A DNA stretch of 64,000 bases from an uncultured delta proteobacterium (GCA_963812045.1 CAWETF010000003.1:154555-218554); one strand, 5' to 3'; positions 26,273-37,414 are shown, counted from the first letter of the stretch. Program-made: numbers and translations. Notes: generated by a model not told the origin, from the sequence alone.

Positions 26273-27988
26273 CTATCTTTTGGGACAGTTTTGATGATCT
26301 TTATTAATCGCATCCAAGATTTTACAGTTTCCTAAAGCGCAGGCCTTCAGCGCATCGCGGCAGCAGGAAGCAGCGTCTCCCATCTGCAGGTAAGTAACAG
26401 CTCTATTATTGTAGGCATCGGCGTACTCGCTGTCAAACCCTATTGCTTTGTTGAAGTTTTCTATGGCCAGTTTATATTGGCTGTTTGTGCTGTAAACAAG
26501 TCCCAATCCGTTGTAAGGTTTGGCATAATCTTTTTTTATACTTATCGCTTTATTAAAATTTTCAATTGCCTGTTGGTACTGACCCGATTTCCCATAGGCA
26601 ATTCCCAATCCATTATAGACGCCAAGAGCGTTTGGTTTTAAGCGGACAGCTTTGTCGAAATGATCTATGGCCTGAGGATATTGATCCGTTTGGCTGTATG
26701 CATATCCCAAACATCCATACGCCAGATAATTGTTTTTAGTTACCCGCAGGGCATGATTGAAAAGATTAAAACTGTTTTTCCAGTAACTGCATTGTTTCCA
26801 GGTCGTAAAAGAGATAACAAGAAGAAAGACAATTGCTGCTGGGAATAAGATTTTTCTTATAGATTTTTCACTTTTTACAAAAGATGGTATTCCCCAGGCT
26901 ATTGCTACAGTAATGCCTATGGAGGACAGATAAGTATAACGGTCGGCCATCGAATACGGTGCTGATGATGAAACCTGAATTATTCCGATAACAGGCAGAA
27001 GAATTATCGCGTACCAAAACCAACCCACCAAAAGATACGGCATGCGTTTTGCCGTTAAAATAACGCCCCCCGTTATAAATATTATCAGCAGAGATGATCC
27101 AAAAACCTGCCATAGAGGAATTTGATCCGGGAAGGGATAAAAAACAGCGAGATTATGTGGCCAGAATGTTTCAGCCAGATAAGTCACAAAAGCGACAGGA
27201 GCATCGGCCAGTCGGAGAGAAAATTCCTTTAAATCTTTATAATCAGGATTATCAGTATTAGCGGGATTATGAAGGGTAATAATAATAAGCACTGCTGACA
27301 GGATAAAAAAAACTATCTTTTCCTTCAACTGCCATAAAACCAGGTTGCCTTTTTTCAACTCAAAACGATTAAGGGGCCAGTAATCCAGAAGAATCATAAT
27401 CACGGGTAGAGTGACCACCATGGGCTTGCTCATAAGCGCACAGACAAAGGAAAACACCACCAGCAGATACCTTCTGATAGCCGGTTTCTCCGTATAATAG
27501 ACATAAAGGCATAGCGTCAGCATCCAGAAAAAAGCGCTTAGAACATCTTTACGTTCGGCAATCCAGGCAACGGATTCCACATGCAGGGGATGCAGCGCGA
27601 AAAGCGCGGCGATAAAGGCACTTTTCCAGACAGCGCCTGTCATGCGGTTAAAGAGCCAGAAGAGCAACAGTGTGATCAAAATATGCAGGATAAGGTTGGT
27701 CAGATGATAACCGCCGGGATTTAAGCCATGAAGCTGATAATCGAACATGAAGGACAACCACGTCAGCGGATGCCATAAATCGAGATATCTTGTACTAAAC
27801 GCCCAACGAATTCCGTTCTGAGATATTCCGGATTGAATATGACGGTTTGCTGTTACGTAACCACCGTCGTCAAAGTTAATGAAGTCAAATTGATTTGCAT
27901 GCCAGAAGACAGCAAGTGTTGTCACTATAAGAACGATATAAACGATCATTATCTGCTTTGATAGGCTAATCTTGATATTGTTAATCAT
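26273..27988 (-). CDS. TMTC-like GT-C membrane glycosyltransferase with C-terminal TPRs, paralog 1
   Basis: FDD loop, WHPLT, HPLHVESVAWIAERKDVL, MSKPM, MADRYTY, then TPRs. Confidence 0.8.
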   Translation of the reverse strand: MINNIKISLSKQIMIVYIVLIVTTLAVFWHANQFDFINFDDGGYVTANRHIQSGISQNGIRWAFSTRYLDLWHPLTWLSFMFDYQLHGLNPGGYHLTNLILHILITLLLFWLFNRMTGAVWKSAFIAALFALHPLHVESVAWIAERKDVLSAFFWMLTLCLYVYYTEKPAIRRYLLVVFSFVCALMSKPMVVTLPVIMILLDYWPLNRFELKKGNLVLWQLKEKIVFFILSAVLIIITLHNPANTDNPDYKDLKEFSLRLADAPVAFVTYLAETFWPHNLAVFYPFPDQIPLWQVFGSSLLIIFITGGVILTAKRMPYLLVGWFWYAIILLPVIGIIQVSSSAPYSMADRYTYLSSIGITVAIAWGIPSFVKSEKSIRKILFPAAIVFLLVISFTTWKQCSYWKNSFNLFNHALRVTKNNYLAYGCLGYAYSQTDQYPQAIDHFDKAVRLKPNALGVYNGLGIAYGKSGQYQQAIENFNKAISIKKDYAKPYNGLGLVYSTNSQYKLAIENFNKAIGFDSEYADAYNNRAVTYLQMGDAASCCRDALKACALGNCKILDAINKDHQNCPKR

Positions 27989-28034
27989 GAGTCGTTAAAG
28001 TTTCCTTCTGACTTAATAATGCAGGTAGCTTCAA

Positions 28035-29948
28035 TTAATGGCAGTATCCTTTTCCTTTATTAAGTTCTAATATTTTACAATCTCCCAGTTTACACGCTGT
28101 TTGCGCATCGCTGCAACCGGAGAGTTTGTCGCCTCGGCTAAAATAAAGAAAAGCTCTGTTGCTGTAAGCATCAGTATAATCCGGTTTCAAAAGTATAGCC
28201 TTGCTGTAATCTTCCAATGCCTGCTGATACCATCCAAGTTTTATGTAAATAAATGCCCTGTTATTATAGATATCGAAAGAAGCAGGGGCTAAACGAATTG
28301 CTTTATTAAAATCTTCAATGGCCGTTTTATACTGACCAAGATTAATGTAAGTGTTTCCTCTGTTGAAATAAACTGAGGAATCATCCGGTTTAAGAAGGAT
28401 TGCTTTATTAAAATCTTCAATGGCACGTTGATACTGGCCGATTTTTTTATAAATATTCCCCCTGTTGAAGTAACCCAGAAAATCATCCGGTTTAAGACGG
28501 ATTGCTTCATTACAGTCATTCATAGCCAACTGATATTGACCAAGTTTAGCGTAAGCAGTCCCTCTGTTATTATAAGATAGAACATAACTCGGTATTATTT
28601 GGAGGGCATTGTTATATTGATCTATGGCCTCTTTGATCTTTCCTTCGTCAAGAAGAACATTACCTAAATTATTATACGCCAGATAATTATTCCTTGTTAC
28701 CTTTAAGGCATGACTAAAAAGTTCAATGCCATTTTTCCAGTAGCCGCATTGTTCCCAGGATAAAGCAGCCAGAATGATCAAGGTTGCTATTCCCGCGGGT
28801 AATAAAATCTTTTTGTATATATCTGCGTGCAGGAATAAATGCGGGATGCACCAGCCCAGTATGATGCCGATACCTATGAGGGGCAAATAAGTGTAGCGGT
28901 CGGCCATCGCGAAATCACCTACCCGTATAATTCCAATAACCGGTAAAAGAGTAATCGCGTACCAAAGCCATCCGACAAACAGATATGGCCGGCTTTTAAT
29001 CATTATAATGATGGCAGCACATACAACAATGATCATAATGATAGTTGCCAGGACTTGCCATGTGGCGATCTGATCTGAAAGAGGATAAAAAGCAGCCAGA
29101 TCATGTGGCCAGAAAGTTTTCTCCAGATATGTTACAAAAGATACAGGAGCGTTGGCAAGACGGGAACTTAAGGGGAAATAAAAAAATTTTGCTGTTTGTT
29201 TATGTTGGGCGTAAATCGTAATAATGGAAAAAACAGCCGACAGAAGAAAGAACGGCAGTTTTTCCTTTGCCTGCCATAAGACCGGGTTATCTTTTTTCAA
29301 TTCAAAGCGATTGAGCGGCCAGTAATCCAGAAGCATCATAATCACGGGCAGGGTGACCACCATGGGCTTGCTCATGAGAGCACAGACAAAGGAAACCACA
29401 ACAAGCAGATACCTTTTAATAACCGGTTTCTCTGTGTAATAGACATAAAGGCATAGCGTCAGCATCCAGAAGAAGGCGCTTAAGACATCTTTTCTTTCAG
29501 AGATCCAGGCAACCGATTCCACATGCAGGGGATGGAGGGCAAAGAAAGCAGCGACAAAGGCACTTTTCCAGACAGCGCCTGTCATGCGGTGAAAGAGCCA
29601 GAAGAGGAGCAACGTGCTGAAGATATGCAGAATAAGGTTGGTCAGATGATACCCGCCGGGATTCAAGCCGTAAAGCTGATAGTCGAACATCAAGGACAGC
29701 CAGGTCAGAGGATGCCAGAACTCCGCATAGGTTGTGCCGAACGCCCACCGAATTCCATCCAGTGTTATTCCTGACTGGATGTGATTGTTAGCGGTAACAT
29801 AAATGTCATCATCGATATTGACAAAACCAAAATGCTTCACCTGCCAGAAGACAGCAAGCGTTGCCAATATCAAAATGATAGAAACAATTAAAATTTGTTT
29901 TGGGGAAGTAGTATTTATTTTGTTTAACATAATTGGTTTAAATTCCAT
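28035..29948 (-). CDS. TMTC-like GT-C/TPR protein, paralog 2
   Basis: Same motifs as paralog 1; about 6 TPRs. Confidence 0.8.
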   Translation of the reverse strand: MEFKPIMLNKINTTSPKQILIVSIILILATLAVFWQVKHFGFVNIDDDIYVTANNHIQSGITLDGIRWAFGTTYAEFWHPLTWLSLMFDYQLYGLNPGGYHLTNLILHIFSTLLLFWLFHRMTGAVWKSAFVAAFFALHPLHVESVAWISERKDVLSAFFWMLTLCLYVYYTEKPVIKRYLLVVVSFVCALMSKPMVVTLPVIMMLLDYWPLNRFELKKDNPVLWQAKEKLPFFLLSAVFSIITIYAQHKQTAKFFYFPLSSRLANAPVSFVTYLEKTFWPHDLAAFYPLSDQIATWQVLATIIMIIVVCAAIIIMIKSRPYLFVGWLWYAITLLPVIGIIRVGDFAMADRYTYLPLIGIGIILGWCIPHLFLHADIYKKILLPAGIATLIILAALSWEQCGYWKNGIELFSHALKVTRNNYLAYNNLGNVLLDEGKIKEAIDQYNNALQIIPSYVLSYNNRGTAYAKLGQYQLAMNDCNEAIRLKPDDFLGYFNRGNIYKKIGQYQRAIEDFNKAILLKPDDSSVYFNRGNTYINLGQYKTAIEDFNKAIRLAPASFDIYNNRAFIYIKLGWYQQALEDYSKAILLKPDYTDAYSNRAFLYFSRGDKLSGCSDAQTACKLGDCKILELNKGKGYCH

Positions 29949-29978
29949 TCAACATTGAACATAGAACGTAGGACTTTT

Positions 29979-31871
29979 CTAACGGCAGAGCCCTTTAGCT
30001 CTGGCCGCATCTAATGTTTTGCAAATTCCAAATGTGCAGGCTGTTTGCGCATCCAAACAACCGGGGTCTTTATTGCCATGATTTAAATAAATTGTCGCTC
30101 TGTTTTGATACGCTTCGGCATAATCTTGTTTGAGAGTGATAGCCATATTCAAATCTTCTATGGCGTTTTGATACTGTCCAAGAGCATAATAAACGATTCC
30201 CCTGTGGTTGTATGCTTCGGCATAATTTTGTTTGAGAGTGATGGCCATATTTAAATCCTCTATGGCGTTTTGATACTGCCCAAGAGCATAATAAGAAATT
30301 CCCCTGTGGTTGTAAGCTTCGGCATAATCTTGTTTCAGAGTGATGGCCTTGCTTAAATCCTCTACTGCGTTATGATATTGTCCAAGGGAATAATAAGCAA
30401 TTCCCCTGTTACTGTAAGTTCTTGTATAATCAGGATCCAGACGGATAGCTTTGTTATAATCTTCGATGGCTCTTTGGATTTGGCCGACTTTAGCGTAAGC
30501 AAATCCCCTGTTGTTATAGGCATAGGCATAATCTTCTTTTATGCTGATGGCCTTACTAAAATGATAAAGGCTTTCTTCGTATTTATTTTCGTTAAATAGA
30601 GTAAAGCCTAAATTGTTATGCGCCAAATAGTTATTCTTTGTTACCTGCAAAGTATGATTAAAAAGTTCATTGCTATTTTTCCAGTAACCGCACTGCATCC
30701 AGGTTAAAATCGACATAACGGTGAGAGAAATAATGGCAGCAGAGAATAAAATCTTTTTGCGCGTTTTTGTGCGTTGAAATAAAAGCGAAGTTCCCCAGGC
30801 CAGCCCAACGGCAATACCGATGGAGGGTAAATAAGTGTATCGGTCGGCCATGGCCTGTTCGCCGGATTGAATAATCCCGATAACGGGCAAAAGTGTTATC
30901 ATATACCAAAACCATCCGACAAACAGAGAGGGTAACCGTTTCCAGACTATTATCATGGTAATGCTGATCATGATAATCAGCAGAATTGAACTCCAAACCT
31001 GCCAGAGCGGAATCTGATCCGAAAACGGATAAAAGACGGCCAGATCATGAGGCCAGAATGTTTTCTCCAAATATGTTACAAAAGATACAGATGCGTTGGC
31101 AAACCGGGAACCGAAAGAAAAATATTTCAGGGATGGATTATGCTGCGCGTAAATCGTGATAATGGAAAAAACAGCCGACAGAAGAAAGAACGGCAGTTTT
31201 TCCTTTGCCTGCCATAAGACCGGGTTATCTTTTTTCAATTCAAAGCGATTGAGCGGCCAGTAATCCAGAAGCATCATAATCACGGGCAGGGTGACCACCA
31301 TGGGCTTGCTCATGAGAGCGCAGACGAAGGAAAACACAACAAGCAGATACCTTTTAATAACGGGTTTCTCCGTGTAATAGACATAAAGACATAAAGTCAG
31401 CATCCAGAAGAAGGCGCTTAAGACATCTTTTCTTTCAGAGATCCAGGCAACCGATTCCACATGCAGGGGATGGAGGGCAAAGAAAGCAGCGACAAAGGCA
31501 CTTTTCCAGACAGCGCCTGTCATGCGGTGAAAGAGCCAGAAGAGGAGCAACGTGCTGAGGATATGCAGAATAAGGTTGGTGAGATGATACCCGCCGGGAT
31601 TCAAGCCGTAAAGCTGATAGTCGAACATGAAGGACAGCCATAGAAGCGGATGCCACAAGCCGTCAGCTTCTGTTGTACAAAACACCCAGCGAATTCCATT
31701 CAGTGTTACCTTGGCCTGAATGTGACTGTTTTCTGTGACATAACCGGCATCATCAAGATTAACAAAGTCATATCGATTCACCTGCCAGAAAACAGCCAGT
31801 GTCGCCAATGTCAAAGCGATAAAGATGATCAGGATTTGTTTCCTGGGACTAATAGTTATCTGCTTTAACAT
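29979..31871 (-). CDS. TMTC-like GT-C/TPR protein, paralog 3
   Basis: Same motifs; contains recently duplicated 102-bp TPR units. Confidence 0.8.
   Translation of the reverse strand: MLKQITISPRKQILIIFIALTLATLAVFWQVNRYDFVNLDDAGYVTENSHIQAKVTLNGIRWVFCTTEADGLWHPLLWLSFMFDYQLYGLNPGGYHLTNLILHILSTLLLFWLFHRMTGAVWKSAFVAAFFALHPLHVESVAWISERKDVLSAFFWMLTLCLYVYYTEKPVIKRYLLVVFSFVCALMSKPMVVTLPVIMMLLDYWPLNRFELKKDNPVLWQAKEKLPFFLLSAVFSIITIYAQHNPSLKYFSFGSRFANASVSFVTYLEKTFWPHDLAVFYPFSDQIPLWQVWSSILLIIMISITMIIVWKRLPSLFVGWFWYMITLLPVIGIIQSGEQAMADRYTYLPSIGIAVGLAWGTSLLFQRTKTRKKILFSAAIISLTVMSILTWMQCGYWKNSNELFNHTLQVTKNNYLAHNNLGFTLFNENKYEESLYHFSKAISIKEDYAYAYNNRGFAYAKVGQIQRAIEDYNKAIRLDPDYTRTYSNRGIAYYSLGQYHNAVEDLSKAITLKQDYAEAYNHRGISYYALGQYQNAIEDLNMAITLKQNYAEAYNHRGIVYYALGQYQNAIEDLNMAITLKQDYAEAYQNRATIYLNHGNKDPGCLDAQTACTFGICKTLDAARAKGLCR
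30112..30417 (-). repeat. 102-bp tandem repeat (34-aa TPR units)
   Basis: GCTTCGGCATAAT recurs at 30112, 30214 and 30316. Confidence 0.85.
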
Positions 31872-31909
31872 CAGCGAGTGGAGTTCCTCTGGCTTGTAAT
31901 AGCAATTAA

Positions 31910-33797
31910 TTATTTCTTCATTTGAAGTTTCTTAATGTCTACCAGATTACTGGTTGCGTCTGTGTTGGCTGAAGCTTTTGCATTAAGAAATACCGGTTGA
32001 TTAACAGAGGTATCCTGATAAAAATCTTCAACCAGCGCCAGATATTCAGCAAGCAATTTCCGGCTGACGACAAAAATATGCCCGATATTTTTTTCAATAA
32101 CCCGATTAAGTCCACCGCAGGTAATTTTAACGTTGCCTGTATCCACGCATCCCCAGGTTTCCCCGGCCACACAGGAACCGGCCGGCGCGATGGGATCTCT
32201 CGACCCTTTGTAATCAAAAATTCTAACCCCCGCCTTTTTCAGGATAGACATGTTAACCGGTTTCCCATCAAACTTGGGATTGTTGGAAGGAAGGCGATAG
32301 TTACCTTCATATACCTGGTTGCCGATGAATATGTTTTGGATCCATTGAACATGCGCATTGACAGGAAACTTCGTTCCGTGTGTCAGCCAGTAATAGGAAA
32401 GGCGCCGAATCGGCAATTGATTCTTTGATTTCCGCACGTCCGTAAAAACCCAGAACAACCGTATGCTGAACTCCGGGCTGAATTTCATTCATGCCGGCTT
32501 CGATAATCTGCGGTGGAATATTGACTGAGCCGAAGAGTTCCTTCATCAAATCCGAATCATAATCGCGGCGGATAAGTGAACGGATCGGGATAGTGGCCGC
32601 TTCCCTCATCATCAAATTTCATTGGTGAAGCCATCAGGGCTATTTTCTTAATATCCATCGGCTTGCCTTCGGCCAGGAGTTCTTCAGCACGTCTGGCCAG
32701 ATAAGGCAGTATTAAAGTTCCACCCATACAGTAGGCCATTATGTATATTTCATCCTGCGGATGTCTCTTTTTTGATGATGTCCAAATAGAAATCGGGAAT
32801 TGTTTTTCCATAAAAATCCAGACCAAGTTCGGTTTCTTCCCAGCCCGGGTCGCCGTGATCCACCATATAAATAATGTAACCTTTTCTAATCATAGCCTCA
32901 ATAACCGATTTTCCCGTGGCCAGATCGAAAAGCTCCGGTTTGTTGATGAGAGGAGTCGCCATGTAGATTATTTTGCCGTTGGGTTTGACGCCTTCGGCAG
33001 TCGGGTAATAACGCAGTCTTACTCTATGATTTAATGATCCATCCACGTATTCATAATTGGAACAGCCGATATTGCCCCTGGGTTGCTCGTTCGGAATATT
33101 CTTTGATATCAAAAGCGTTGGTTTCATAGAGATTTTCCAGACGGACACGGTTCTCCGCGAGATATTCCTCGAAAGAAGTTTTTAACGTTCCGTCAGGATT
33201 TGTCTTGGCGAAAGGCAGACGGCCACTGGTGAAAGGTTGTTCCGTGATTAAGACCAATAGACATTTTAAGAGTTCTTTCATGGCGTTAAGACGCGACAGT
33301 CCGATGTTGTTGTATTGCTGTTCCAACTGGGCGAACTCGTCCATATAATTTCTCAAATACTCTTTGCCTTTTGGCGTTGTGCAAATCATCTGAGTTTTTT
33401 CCCTGTTGAATTTTCCGTCTTTGATGAAAAAACCGGTCAGGGTGTAAAGAAGCCGGGAATAGCTTTTGTATATCCAGCCGTTCAAATCGGCAATGGCGTC
33501 GGGATTTCTGGACGCGCCGACGGCAAGACGCGCGCTGGCTCTGACATGCCGCAGCATCGAATCAAGTATTGCGCTTTGCCAGGAAGCGGCAATTGCCAGC
33601 GGACCGAAAAGCCAGGTTTCTTTTTTTATAGTATCCAGCATTCTCTGATAACCGAACAAACTTCTGATCTGCTGGCCGACCAGTTTACTTTTCCAGGCAA
33701 TAGTCGTAGAAAGATCTTCCATATTATCGGCGGGTGAGAAATCTATCACACTCAGCAATTCATCAGGCGTGATTTTGGAATGATTTTCACTGGACAT
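31910..33797 (-). pseudogene. PhaC-like alpha/beta hydrolase with an unrecognised ~240-aa N-terminal domain; four +1 frameshifts (possibly sequencing errors)
   Basis: Five overlapping ORFs join into about 627 aa containing PLINKPELFDL, AYCMGG (Cys), RDPIAP (Asp) and IGH (His). Confidence 0.7.
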
Positions 33798-34076
33798 AAA
33801 TTCACCTCTTAGATAATTTATTAGTATATCAGTCAATATTAGCAAATCATTATGTAGATATGAAATGGGCAAATTTTGTTGACAAATACGACCTTCTATA
33901 TTAAAAAATAAACACAGCTTAAGAGATTTACATCATGGGCGTGACGCCGGCGCAATCCGCCGGCATCCATATAAATTATTTCGATAATTATTAATTAACT
34001 GTGAGTAATTATTCTTTTTTTGTTTTTAGCATCTAATGGTCATTTTATTCAATAGTTTTTTTATACGGGGTGCGAA

Positions 34077-34985
34077 ATGACTGAGGAAGATAAACAATTT
34101 CAGTTCAATGAATCTTCAATTTTCCCGTTTCTGCAGACATTGACAGACATGTGGATCAATATGGCGAAGGCAATGCCGACCGGTTCACAGGCAGCTCTCA
34201 AGACACAATCCGCTCTGCAGAACAGATTCACGCAGCAGCTTGATACGAATTTGAATCTGCTCAAGTCATTTTCCAAAATGATGAAACAGCCGGAATCCGA
34301 ATCGGCAGCGGCCAATGCCGCAAGCGCCTTGCCGGAAATTCTTCTGAAAATCTCCAAATCCGGTTTTGACACGGCGCTGAGGATACAGAACCATTTGCTG
34401 GAAAAAGCCGGCAAAATCGGCAAACGCACGGAAGCCTATAATTTTGAAAACCTGGATCAGGAAACATTTAAAGCCCTCAATGAGGTTTATGAAAAAGAGA
34501 TACAGCAATATTTTAATATTCCGCCTCTGGGACTTACCCGTTTTTATCAGGAACGTTTCAACGAAATGCTCAACAAGCACAATATTTTTGAAACGACTCT
34601 GGCCGAATTTCTTTCCATCCTTTTCCTGCCGATGGAGAAGTCCTTTAAGGTTTTTCAGGAAAAACTTCAGCAGATGGCGGAAGAGGGCAATATCCCCACG
34701 GCGACAAAAGAAAATTACGCTATGTGGCTGAAAATTCTTGAAGGCCACTACATGAATCTTTTCAAATCGGCCGATTACACGGAAGCGTTGCATCGCGTGC
34801 TCAAACATTTTGAAAATTTCATGATTGCAAGAAATGAGACGATGCAGGATTATCTACAGATGCTTCCCGTTGTTACCACGAAAGACATTGACGACCTGTA
34901 CAGAGAATTTCATATATTGAAAAAGAGAGTAAAAGAGTTGGAAAAACTGCTGGGTATTTCTCCCAACGCCATGGAGACGAAGTAG
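34077..34985 (+). CDS. phaE: class III PHA synthase subunit PhaE
   Basis: PPLGLTRFYQE, W...E...LF.S.DY, LPVVTTKDIDDLYREFHILKKRV; directly upstream of phaC. Confidence 0.88.
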   Translation: MTEEDKQFQFNESSIFPFLQTLTDMWINMAKAMPTGSQAALKTQSALQNRFTQQLDTNLNLLKSFSKMMKQPESESAAANAASALPEILLKISKSGFDTALRIQNHLLEKAGKIGKRTEAYNFENLDQETFKALNEVYEKEIQQYFNIPPLGLTRFYQERFNEMLNKHNIFETTLAEFLSILFLPMEKSFKVFQEKLQQMAEEGNIPTATKENYAMWLKILEGHYMNLFKSADYTEALHRVLKHFENFMIARNETMQDYLQMLPVVTTKDIDDLYREFHILKKRVKELEKLLGISPNAMETK

Positions 34986-35043
34986 TATTCATTTGTCGAA
35001 CCGGTATTAGACAGCCGGAGATTTTTAAAAGGGAAATTTTTTC

Positions 35044-36168
35044 ATGAGTTCAACAAAAATTCCTCTGGACCTGATTCTGGAAAAGATGGCCGAAGACGCG
35101 GAAAAGGCGCAGGAGCGCGTTTCCAGGGCGTCCGAAGTTTTACAGGGACAACTCAACACTGAACTTGCCTCGACGCCGTATGAAATTGTTTATGAAGAAG
35201 ACAGGGTGAAGGTTAAGCATTATTCCCGTAATGAGAACGCGGAAAATAAATTAAAAGTTCCCTTGCTGGTTGTTTACGCGCTGATTAACCGGGAAACCAT
35301 GCTCGATTTGCAGCCGGACAGAAGCGTTGTCAAAACTTTTCTGGAAGGCGGGGTTGACCTTTACATGGTTGACTGGGGTTATCCCAAACGCAAGGACCGC
35401 TTTTTAACCATTAACGATCATGTCAACGGTTACATGAACAACATCGTTGATTTCATCCGCGAAAAACACAACGTTCCGAAAATCAATCTTATGGGAATAT
35501 GCATGGGCGGAAGTTTCTGTGTAATGTATTCGGCCTTGCATCCGGATAAGGTAAAAAATCTGATTACCACCGTTACGCCGTCAAGTTTTGACACGGACAA
35601 GGGTCTTTTGCATGTGTGGATGAAAGATATCGATGTGGATGGGATGATTAAAACATTCGGTAATATTCCCGGTGATTTGATGAATTTCGGTTTCCTCCTG
35701 CTCAATCCCGCGCGTTTGATGATAGACAAATATGTCGGTTTCATGGAAAATATGGACAATAAGGATTTTGTGGAAAATTTTGTGCGGATGGAGCGCTGGA
35801 TTTTCGACAGTCCCGATGTTCCCGGAGAAACATTCCGCCAGTTCGTGGAAGACTGCTATAAGAGAAATCTCCTGATTCAAAGCAAGATGTATCTGGGCGG
35901 TAAGAGAGTTGATTTGAAGAAACTGACCATGCCTCTTTTGAATTTTTTCGGAGAATACGATCATCTGGTGCCGCCCGAGGCCTGCAATCAATTAACCGGC
36001 GCTGTGGGCAGTAAGGATGTGGAGGATGTCCGTCTGGAAACCGGACACATCGGCATTTACGTCAGTTCCAGATTTCAAAAAATGTTCGCTCCGAAAATAG
36101 TCCAGTGGCTCAAAGCCAGAGACGCGGAAGATATTATTGCCGAGCCGCGAGAAGGCTGCCGCGCGTAA
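35044..36168 (+). CDS. phaC: class III PHA synthase subunit PhaC
   Basis: YALINRETMLDLQPDRS, GICMGG, DHLVP, TGHIG. A +1 shift near 36146 may hide a basic tail ending at 36289. Confidence 0.93.
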   Translation: MSSTKIPLDLILEKMAEDAEKAQERVSRASEVLQGQLNTELASTPYEIVYEEDRVKVKHYSRNENAENKLKVPLLVVYALINRETMLDLQPDRSVVKTFLEGGVDLYMVDWGYPKRKDRFLTINDHVNGYMNNIVDFIREKHNVPKINLMGICMGGSFCVMYSALHPDKVKNLITTVTPSSFDTDKGLLHVWMKDIDVDGMIKTFGNIPGDLMNFGFLLLNPARLMIDKYVGFMENMDNKDFVENFVRMERWIFDSPDVPGETFRQFVEDCYKRNLLIQSKMYLGGKRVDLKKLTMPLLNFFGEYDHLVPPEACNQLTGAVGSKDVEDVRLETGHIGIYVSSRFQKMFAPKIVQWLKARDAEDIIAEPREGCRA

Positions 36169-36352
36169 GACAGGAGAACGAAAGCCGGTCATTAAACGGC
36201 AGACGGCGAAAGTTCAAAAGAAAGCTTCAGAGGATGAAAGAAAATCTGCCATGACCAGAAAAGATATCACTGGTCAGCGATGGATATGAGAAAAGGATCA
36301 TGATATGTTCATCAAATAATTGTTAGAGGATATATAAAAAGGGGAGAGGAGT

Positions 36353-37413
36353 ATGCCGACAAAAGAAAATTATTTCCGGGCTTTGAGCAAACTCACATAA
36401 ACAGGTCAGTGAAACGGAAGATCTGAGATAAGATACCGCAGTTAATTGTATCTTCAGCAGTAGAAACACTGAAGGCCAAGGCGGCCGTTATTTTTCTGAG
36501 GGATGAGGATTCGGAAGGTTTCATCAGTAATCAGGCCGCCGCTCAGTGCGGACTTTCCGATAAATATATTCATGCCGGGGCGGCTCACGCTATTAAAATC
36601 AGTCCGCAGTTGCTTAAAGACGGCTATATGTATTTTCGCGATGCTGCTACGGATAAGCGTCTGATGAATCATAAAGCAAAAAAAGAAGAAGGCATCGGTT
36701 CGATTATTTCCGTGCCGATTGTGGATAAGGGGAAAATGCTGGGAATCCTCAGCCTCTATACCAAAGAAATCCGCGAATTTACCAAAGATGAAATAGATTT
36801 CCTCTCCATTCTGGCCGAGCAGGGCGGCTTCGCTATCGAAAATGCCAATCTTAATAAAGCAGCTGCGCAACCAATCACAGATATTCCTGGATTTGTCGGC
36901 AAGCATATCATCAAGTCTTGATGTGAAAAAAATTATCGCAGGCAATGACCCGGGAGTTGGTCAAAGCTTTGCGGATAAAAGCCGCTTCAGTCAGACTTCT
37001 GGATGAAGAAAAACTTACGGTTAAACTGGTTGCCAGTTTCGGTTTGAGCGATAAATATCTCAACAAGGGGCCGGTTAGCGGCGGATAAAAACATCGCCCG
37101 CGCGCTCAAAGGAGAAACTATTTACATCAAGAATGTTTCTACGGATCCGGGAATTCAGTATAAGAAAGAAAAAGAAGCAGAGGGCATCGTTTCCATGCTG
37201 TATGTTCCGATTAAATCCCAGGACAAAATCATCGGCGTGCTCAATATTTACAGCAGCTGGTCAAGAGAATTCACGGAAGATGAAATTATGCTGGTAACGG
37301 CTTTGGCTTATCAGGGAGGACTGGCCATCAGCAACGCCAGCATGTACATGATGCTGCAGGAAGATATTAAGGATTTGAAGGATAATATCTGGAGCCATAA
37401 ATGCTGGTTCTGA
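36353..37413 (+). pseudogene. tandem double-GAF-domain protein with about five +1 frameshifts (possibly sequencing errors)
   Basis: GGAG RBS and ATG at 36353; two GAF repeats (GLSDKY...EGIxS...VPI...G.L.xY....REFTxDEI) spread over shifting frames. Confidence 0.7.
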
Positions 37414-37414
37414 A

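Noticed and set aside
30112-30417. Regularly spaced repeats as a possible CRISPR array
   Set aside because: In-frame 102-bp TPR coding units with no unique spacers; no cas genes in the window
26273-31871. Near-identical segments as a possible diversity-generating retroelement TR/VR pair
   Set aside because: No reverse transcriptase is present, mismatches are not adenine-specific, and both copies are in the catalytic cores of paralogs
31910-37413. Programmed frameshifting or recoding in the pha locus
   Set aside because: Too many shifts per gene, no shared slippery motif and all +1; better explained by read error
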